Of a stretch of DNA of 64,000 nt, positions 57,023 to 64,000 are shown one piece after another. The DNA comes from an uncultured bacterium. Its GTDB lineage: Bacteria; Omnitrophota; Omnitrophia; Omnitrophales; Aquincolibacteriaceae. Below the pieces are notes generated by a model, which was not told the origin of the DNA, searched no databases, and saw only the letters and a program-made list of their open reading frames with translations. The stretch is taken from the NCBI GenBank assembly GCA_964508905.1, contig CAZDVO010000002.1:46330-110329 (forward strand), in the 5' to 3' direction. The translations under genes were made by a program, and so were the position numbers. Every line of letters begins with the position of its first letter. Within the stretch, counting starts at the first letter, position 1.

Positions 57023-58023
57023 GCTCGGCTCGATTTGATAAAAGCATCTTGAAAAGGCCGTGCCACTTCTTGAGCGCGAAATTTCGTAAGCTGTGACTGT
57101 GCTTCAGCCTCGCTCTTAAAGCCCCCCAGGAGCACGAGATAGAAAACGCGACCACTCGGCCGGACATTCTCTTTCACAAAGGCGCGGAGCCCCTCGTTAC
57201 GGAACGTATTCATCACCCTGTCGGCATCCTGTTTGTTCGGATACGTCACAACCTGGATCACATAATATCCCGCCGGTTTAGAAACCGCCGTGGCCGCTGT
57301 ACCCTTCGCCTTGGAAACAGGCGGCGTGATCACAACTGGACGCTCACTCGTCTGGGAAGAAGCACCAGGGACAAAGGCGCCTCGCTCAACCTTGGGAGGC
57401 TCGGTTTGAGCTTCAGTGGCGACGACCTTCGGCGTATAGCGAACGCTCATCGCAGCCTCACGCTGAGCATTGAGCCGGTTCACACCCCAGAATAAAAAGA
57501 AGACAGCCAACACCGCGGCGCCCCAATAAACAACACGGCGAAGCGCCACCTGTTTCGGATCCATAAAAATACGCGTCAGCTCGGAGACCTTGCTCCGCAC
57601 GCCCCGAGCCCACTTCCCGGCTCCCGCAAATCCGGCGACCTGAGGGCGATTATATTTAAAACGCTTATAGGGATCAGCCAAGGTCGATATCGGCGTTGTT
57701 TTTTTCTCAAAATCGCGAAGAGGCACATGCCGAGAGACTGTTTCAGCCGGCTTAGGCTCGAGAGGAACCGAACGAGGCGGAAGGTCCGGCTCGATCAGGG
57801 GCTCTTTCGGAAGGCTGAAGAGATCCGTGGCCGGGTTCTTTTCAGCAAGCGGCTCGCGCACTTGAACCGAAGCAACCGTATTTTCTTTAAAAGCCACGCG
57901 ATCCCCGGATTCAACGTACGGAACGCCGACATTGAATTCCCCGTAAAGTTTTTTCTGGATCTCGGACTCAGAAAGAGCCGAAGGCGCCCCGCCAAAACCC
58001 TTCTTCTTATTGAACAACCCCAT
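57019..58023 (-). CDS. SPOR domain-containing membrane protein (septal peptidoglycan binding)
   Basis: 334 aa. Single TM (VVYWGAAVLAVFFLFWGV). C-terminal SPOR fold motif YYVIQVVTYPNKQDADRVMNTFRNEGLRAFV...FYLVLLGGFKSEAEAQ. 4-nt overlap with upstream PilZ. Confidence 0.75.
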   Translation of the reverse strand: MGLFNKKKGFGGAPSALSESEIQKKLYGEFNVGVPYVESGDRVAFKENTVASVQVREPLAEKNPATDLFSLPKEPLIEPDLPPRSVPLEPKPAETVSRHVPLRDFEKKTTPISTLADPYKRFKYNRPQVAGFAGAGKWARGVRSKVSELTRIFMDPKQVALRRVVYWGAAVLAVFFLFWGVNRLNAQREAAMSVRYTPKVVATEAQTEPPKVERGAFVPGASSQTSERPVVITPPVSKAKGTAATAVSKPAGYYVIQVVTYPNKQDADRVMNTFRNEGLRAFVKENVRPSGRVFYLVLLGGFKSEAEAQSQLTKFRAQEVARPFQDAFIKSSRA

Positions 58024-58024
58024 A

Positions 58025-58510
58025 CTAGACTCGTCCTTTCACAACATGAAGGCCCAAGGCCAGCTTGATCAACTCGATCGGTCCCAGGACAATATGAGCA
58101 CGCTGAGTGAATCCATTCTTACGGCACAGGTCGATCGCCCCCGACATTTTGGAGGTCGTCTTAAAAACAACCTCCTCATAGCCCACCTCGCGACAAAACT
58201 CCAGCGCGCGATCGATCAAGCGCTTACCGATCTTCTGATTGCGATGGGTGGATGCGACAAAGAGGCGCCTGAGAAGCGCCACACGGCCGTCTTCCTTCTT
58301 GATCGCGACCGTACCGACGACTTTGTGGGTTTTGTTATCGACCGCAACAAAAAAAGCCTCACCGATCCCACCGTAAGCTTTTTCGATGCACTCAACATCT
58401 TCGATCGGGTAGGCGTGCTTGGCATCATGGAATTCCTGGTCCATGATCCCGGTAATAAGATCGACCACCGCCGACTCATCCTCCTTAGTCCACCGTCTGA
58501 TCGTGATCAT
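58025..58510 (-). CDS. GNAT family N-acetyltransferase
   Basis: 161 aa. RRLFVASTHRNQKIGKRLIDRALEF (Q/RxxGxG/A acetyl-CoA motif) within the expected ~160-aa fold length. Confidence 0.7.
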   Translation of the reverse strand: MITIRRWTKEDESAVVDLITGIMDQEFHDAKHAYPIEDVECIEKAYGGIGEAFFVAVDNKTHKVVGTVAIKKEDGRVALLRRLFVASTHRNQKIGKRLIDRALEFCREVGYEEVVFKTTSKMSGAIDLCRKNGFTQRAHIVLGPIELIKLALGLHVVKGRV

Positions 58511-58528
58511 TGGATCGAAGTCCCCTTT

Positions 58529-58799
58529 TTAGGCCTTTTTACCAGCAGGAGCTTTCGCTGCGGCGGCAGGAGCGGCACCGGCTGCGGGCGTTGCGGCACC
58601 TTCAGCAGCACCTTCTTTGGCTTCCTTAACCTTCTTCATCTTGACCTTCATCGACTTCACTTTCGGAAGGTTATAAACGGTGGAGCGATCGCTCCACTTC
58701 CCCATATCCTGAAGCTTTTTCACGCGTTCAAGACGCTTAAACACATTACGGTGCTTTGCACCGACGCTGTCGGAACGCAAACTATTATGCTGGGACATA
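58529..58799 (-). CDS. Small basic protein with Lys/Ala/Pro-rich (histone-H1-like) tail, hypothetical
   Basis: The likely start is the ATG at 58799 with an AAAGGAG RBS (MSQHNSLRSDSVGAKHRNVFKRLERVKKLQDMGKW...KVKEAKEGAAEGAATPAAGAAPAAAAKAPAGKKA); the track start at 58834 lacks an RBS. Confidence 0.45.
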
Positions 58800-58887
58800 A
58801 GACAATGAACTCCTTTGTTTGTGAATTGGATCAACCCGAACAGCCTTGCTGTTGGAGGAGCGTATTATACTGACGCACGATTAAAAT

Positions 58888-59017
58888 GGCTAGTCCCAAT
58901 TCTTATCAATATCAATTCTTATCAATTTCAGAGAATCTGAAATTGGGGCCATCCGGTCACCCTCAGGATAAGAATCGAAGACAAGGATAGTCCCAGTTCT
59001 TATCGATTTCAGAAAGG
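58888..59017. repeat. REP-like elements (same family as 47868-47918) plus GATAAGAA/TTCTTATC repeats in promoter region
   Basis: tagtcccaattcttatcaatatcaattcttatcaatttcagagaatctgaaattggggcc (58889-58950) and the partial copy tagtcccagttcttatcgatttcagaaagg (58988-59017). TTCTTATC occurs three times directly and once inverted (ggataagaatc, 58966-58976). Confidence 0.55.
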
Positions 59018-59033
59018 ATCCTTCGGAAGAGAA

Positions 59034-59651
59034 TTATCCCGCAGTAGAACCGCGGATCATCGGACGGACGTAGGCGTCGCCGGACGCGAGTTGTTGCGAC
59101 CGCAACTTCTTCAGAAGGCTCGCCGCGTCTTGCCGGGACTGAAATGCCGCGATGCAAACCTGGAAGTGTTTGCCGCTCGGGATAATGAAAGAACTATACC
59201 CCCGCTGGGCAAGCTTCTGGATCTCACGATCGGCCGCGGATTGTGTCACATAGGTCACATGCTGGATCGTGTACTTTCCATCGGGCCGTGTCACTTTCGC
59301 AACCGGCTTCGGCAATTCGGCTACCGTCAAAGGAACCACGCGCGGCACGGCCTCCTCGGCAGGAGCCGCCACGGCGGCCTTCACATCCGGAGTTACGGCA
59401 GCGGCCATCGAAGGCGCGGGTTGATCGACGACCGTCGTGCGTATGACCTGGCTTGGATAAGCAGAGCGCTTGCCTTTTTCAACACCCCAGGAAAATGCGA
59501 GCACATAGAAAACAAGCAACACCAGCGCCAATCCGATCATCTGATCGAGACGCAGTGTAATAAATTTTTTTTCGAGAAAAGAAGCTTTCGGCGTAGCCGG
59601 TTCTTCGGTAAGAGTTCGGGGTGTTGGCAGATCAAATAATTCCGTTTGCAT
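59034..59651 (-). CDS. SPOR domain-containing membrane protein
   Basis: Likely ATG at 59651 with a GGAGGA RBS (MQTELFDLPTPRT...). The track's longer 59034..59864 version would overlap lepB. TM LDQMIGLALVLLVFYVLAFSW. C-terminal SPOR motif KYTIQHVTYVTQSAADREIQKLAQRGYSSFIIPSGKHFQVCIAAFQSRQDAASLLKKL. Confidence 0.7.
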   Translation of the reverse strand: MQTELFDLPTPRTLTEEPATPKASFLEKKFITLRLDQMIGLALVLLVFYVLAFSWGVEKGKRSAYPSQVIRTTVVDQPAPSMAAAVTPDVKAAVAAPAEEAVPRVVPLTVAELPKPVAKVTRPDGKYTIQHVTYVTQSAADREIQKLAQRGYSSFIIPSGKHFQVCIAAFQSRQDAASLLKKLRSQQLASGDAYVRPMIRGSTAG

Positions 59652-59779
59652 TTGGGTGTCCTCCGCACATGTATTTACGGCAAATGATGCGGAAGATTTA
59701 ATAAAAAACGGAAAATTTTTTAAAAAATCGAATCTTTTCGGAATGCGAATGGAAGAGAGGCCCTTGAAAAAGGGACAAA

Positions 59780-60445
59780 CTACTTTGCGAACCGGACCCG
59801 TTTCGGGGGCCACCAGATCATAAAGGCTTTCCCGACCAGATCCTTCTTCGGCACAAATCCCCACTGGCGGCTGTCGGCGGAATGGGCCGAATTATCCCCC
59901 AGCGCAAAGTAGTGGCCTTCCGGGACCTGAATGACCTGTCCGGATTTCCCGTACTGCCAATCCTCAACGTTGTAGTAGGTGTTGCGTGAAAAAGGCGGAT
60001 CGGTCATCGGCTTTCCGTTCACCAGAAGAACCCCTTTGCGAATTTCGATCGATTCGCCCGGAAGCCCCGCAAGCCGTTTCACAAAATCCTTTTTCCGGTC
60101 CAGAGGATATTTAAAAACAATGATATCGCCGCGCTCCGGCGCATGGAACCGGTAGCCCAACTTATCCACAAAGATCTTGTCCTGTTCCATGAAGGTCGGC
60201 TTCATCGAGCCCGTAGGGATCTTGTAGGGGCCAAAAATGAAGGTCCGGATCACGATCGCGAGGATCGCCGCGATCACAAGTGGCTCACCCCAATTCTTCC
60301 ACTTTTCAAAAAGCCACCGGCGGGGATCGGAAAAGGCGAAACGCCATTCGTGCGCCAATTTCGCGCGATACATGAACGCGAGAAGCAAAAGCACCGGCAA
60401 CAACCAAAGATACCTGTGGAAAAGCTGCGAAAAGTTCATTTCCAT
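59780..60445 (-). CDS. lepB: Signal peptidase I
   Basis: 221 aa. N-terminal TM. Catalytic Ser box GSMKPTF (E. coli SMMPTL). GDNSAHSADSRQWGFVP (E. coli GDNRDNSADSRYWGFVP). Immediately downstream of lepA, as in the conserved lepA-lepB operon. Confidence 0.9.
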   Translation of the reverse strand: MEMNFSQLFHRYLWLLPVLLLLAFMYRAKLAHEWRFAFSDPRRWLFEKWKNWGEPLVIAAILAIVIRTFIFGPYKIPTGSMKPTFMEQDKIFVDKLGYRFHAPERGDIIVFKYPLDRKKDFVKRLAGLPGESIEIRKGVLLVNGKPMTDPPFSRNTYYNVEDWQYGKSGQVIQVPEGHYFALGDNSAHSADSRQWGFVPKKDLVGKAFMIWWPPKRVRFAK

Positions 60446-60446
60446 A

Positions 60447-62228
<1,782 letters not shown>

Positions 62229-62334
62229 CCTTTTAGAGCCTCGGATAACTTTCTAATTTCACAATGGTCCATCCTGCTGTTTTTGCGATCAGTTATGATT
62301 TCGCCTGGAGTGTTTAAGCCTCTAACGGGATGAA

Positions 62335-62979
62335 TTAGCAGGCCGCTTTCAGGATATCACGAATGGCTTGAGCCCGGTCCGGCTTGCCGAAGACGGCGCT
62401 TCCCGCAACGAGGACATCCGCGCCCGCGGCAACAGCCTGAGGCGCCGTCACAGGGTCGATCCCGCCATCCACTGAAATAAGTCCTTTAAAGTGTTTACGC
62501 AACAACGAGATCTTCTCCATTTGTTCGAACATGAATGCCTGTCCCCCAAAACCCGGTTCGACCGACATCACAAGGATCAGATCAAGCATCTCCAGATAGG
62601 GTTTCACAGCATCCACCGGGGTCTTCGGCTTCAGGGAGATCCCCGCCTTCGCGCCAAGAGCCCGGATCTTTTGAAGGGTTCCGCGAACGTCCTTCTCCGC
62701 CTCAACATGGATCGTGATCCAATCCGCGCCGGCCTTCCGGAATTCGGCGATATACCGGAAGGGTTCCGAGATCATCAGATGGACATCCAGCGGCAGCCGG
62801 GTCACTTTACGGAGCGCGGCGACGACAAGCGGTCCGATGGTAAGGTTCGGCACAAAGTGCCCATCCATCACGTCCACGTGAAGCGCGTCGCATCCGGCCC
62901 GTTCCACATCCCGGACCTCTTCCGCCAAACGCCCGAAATCCGCCGAAAGCAAACTCGGCGCGATCATGATCTTCTTCAA
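62335..62979 (-). CDS. rpe: Ribulose-phosphate 3-epimerase
   Basis: 214 aa. APSLLSADF, HVDVMDGHFVPNLT, MSVEPGFGGQ, SVDGGI motifs of Rpe. Confidence 0.9.
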   Translation of the reverse strand: MKKIMIAPSLLSADFGRLAEEVRDVERAGCDALHVDVMDGHFVPNLTIGPLVVAALRKVTRLPLDVHLMISEPFRYIAEFRKAGADWITIHVEAEKDVRGTLQKIRALGAKAGISLKPKTPVDAVKPYLEMLDLILVMSVEPGFGGQAFMFEQMEKISLLRKHFKGLISVDGGIDPVTAPQAVAAGADVLVAGSAVFGKPDRAQAIRDILKAAC

Positions 62980-62994
62980 AAGAACCTCCGCATC

Positions 62995-64000
62995 TTAAGC
63001 CCCTTCAATGAACAACTCTTGGGTGATCTGCCGCTGCATCTTCTCCGGCACAGGCCCGATCAGAGAAAGGTTCAGATTCCCCGTCCGGAAGATCCCCTGC
63101 GCGACCGCCTGCAATTCCTCAAGCGTCACCGATTCGATCTTGCGGCAGATCTCCGCGCGATCCGGGACTTCGTCGGAGCACAGGATCCGTTCACCCGCCC
63201 AAAGAAGATGGTCCAGCGTATCTTCCACACCCAGCGAAACCTGGCTCATAAAATAATCTTTCGCGCGGCGCAACTCGCCAGGTTTCACCAAACTTTTTCG
63301 GACCTTGCCCAGCTCTCTCAGGATCACGTCGATCGCCTTGACGGCTTTCTTCGTCTCAACACCCGCCGACACGGTAAAGGCTCCCGTATCCTGAAATCCC
63401 GAAACCCCCGATTTGATCTCGTAGGCAAGCCCGCGCTTCTCGCGCACCTCTTCAAATAAACGGCTCGACATGTTCGCGCCCAGGATCACATGCAGCAATC
63501 CGAGCTTGTACCGGTCGGGGTGCATCCGCGGCAACGCGTGCAACCCGATCACCAGATGCGTTTGCTCGGTCTTCTTCTCATAATAGTGCGTGCGGGGTTT
63601 CATCTGCTCGCTTTGGGCAGGAACAAAGACCGACGGTTTTAGCGGCTGGCGCGCTTTGTAAATAGACGCCACGCTCTTGAGAACGTCGTCGTGCTCCACG
63701 TCCCCCGACACCGCGACCAGCATATTCGAGCCATGATAATAATCCTTCTTGTACTTGAGGATCTCAGCGCGCGTCATCCGCGACACCGTTTCCGGCGTTC
63801 CGGCAAGGGACCGCCCCAAGGGCTGATCCGGCCACAGCAGCTCCCCCATCAGATCATGCACATGATGGGACGGAACATCCTGATACATCTTGATCTCTTC
63901 CAGGATCACCGTCCGTTCTTTGACGAGCTCGTCGGCCGGGACCGTGGAATGAAGGACCATATCCGAGAGCACCGTCAACGCGCGAGGGTAATGCCTCTTG
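62995..64000 (-). CDS. M16 (pitrilysin/insulinase) family zinc peptidase, 5' end beyond window
   Basis: The visible 327+ aa begin mid-domain (ERTVILEEIKMYQDVPSHHVHDLMGELLWPDQPLG = the E..E region after the HxxEH motif of the M16 N-terminal lobe), followed by the M16 C-terminal lobe. The zinc-binding HxxEH segment must lie upstream of 64000. Confidence 0.75.
   Translation of the reverse strand, partial: KRHYPRALTVLSDMVLHSTVPADELVKERTVILEEIKMYQDVPSHHVHDLMGELLWPDQPLGRSLAGTPETVSRMTRAEILKYKKDYYHGSNMLVAVSGDVEHDDVLKSVASIYKARQPLKPSVFVPAQSEQMKPRTHYYEKKTEQTHLVIGLHALPRMHPDRYKLGLLHVILGANMSSRLFEEVREKRGLAYEIKSGVSGFQDTGAFTVSAGVETKKAVKAIDVILRELGKVRKSLVKPGELRRAKDYFMSQVSLGVEDTLDHLLWAGERILCSDEVPDRAEICRKIESVTLEELQAVAQGIFRTGNLNLSLIGPVPEKMQRQITQELFIEGA

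Overview
This 64-kb window is high-GC (~60%), and all 20 coding genes I can support lie on the minus strand. Three outsized cell-surface genes dominate it.

- **Secreted Ig-repeat protein (<1..6080):** more than 2,026 aa, running off the window's left edge. It has a signal peptide, a clan GH-A (LacZ/GH2-like) TIM-barrel domain that appears to lack its catalytic acid/base Glu, and tandem Ig/Fn3-like repeats.
- **Giant ORF (16871..47230):** 30.4 kb, 10,119 aa. It combines a membrane anchor, a conserved N-terminal module, an embedded SecA-like DEAD-box motor ATPase, three multi-helix transmembrane blocks, coiled-coil/low-complexity stretches, a DUF218 (YdcF/ElyC-like) domain and a C-terminal unclassified domain.
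- **Paralogous giant ORF (8024..16518):** about 2,830 aa. It shares the same N-terminal module and a DUF218 domain, and adds HEAT repeats, an HD-type phosphohydrolase-like domain and an embedded cytidylate-kinase-like P-loop domain.

This architecture matches what has been described for giant genes of candidate phylum Omnitrophota (giant proteins with many TM regions and divergent SecA DEAD domains). I cannot verify the taxonomy from the sequence alone.

Upstream of the giant gene are an unusually AT-rich ~390-bp island, a tRNA-Ala(CGC), a bidirectional terminator, an 18-bp direct repeat of the tRNA 3' end, and a cluster of REP/BIME-like palindromic elements. The same element family recurs at 58.9 kb.

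The right half encodes ordinary functions: NAD synthetase, a lipid-scavenging set (patatin-like phospholipase with a cNMP domain, alpha/beta-hydrolase, FadD, thiolase), a PilZ-YajQ-PilZ c-di-GMP effector trio, two SPOR proteins, GNAT, LepB, LepA, Rpe and a partial M16 peptidase.

No CRISPR array, rRNA, integrase or transposase was seen. Many long plus-strand ORFs in the track are antisense shadows of the minus-strand genes.
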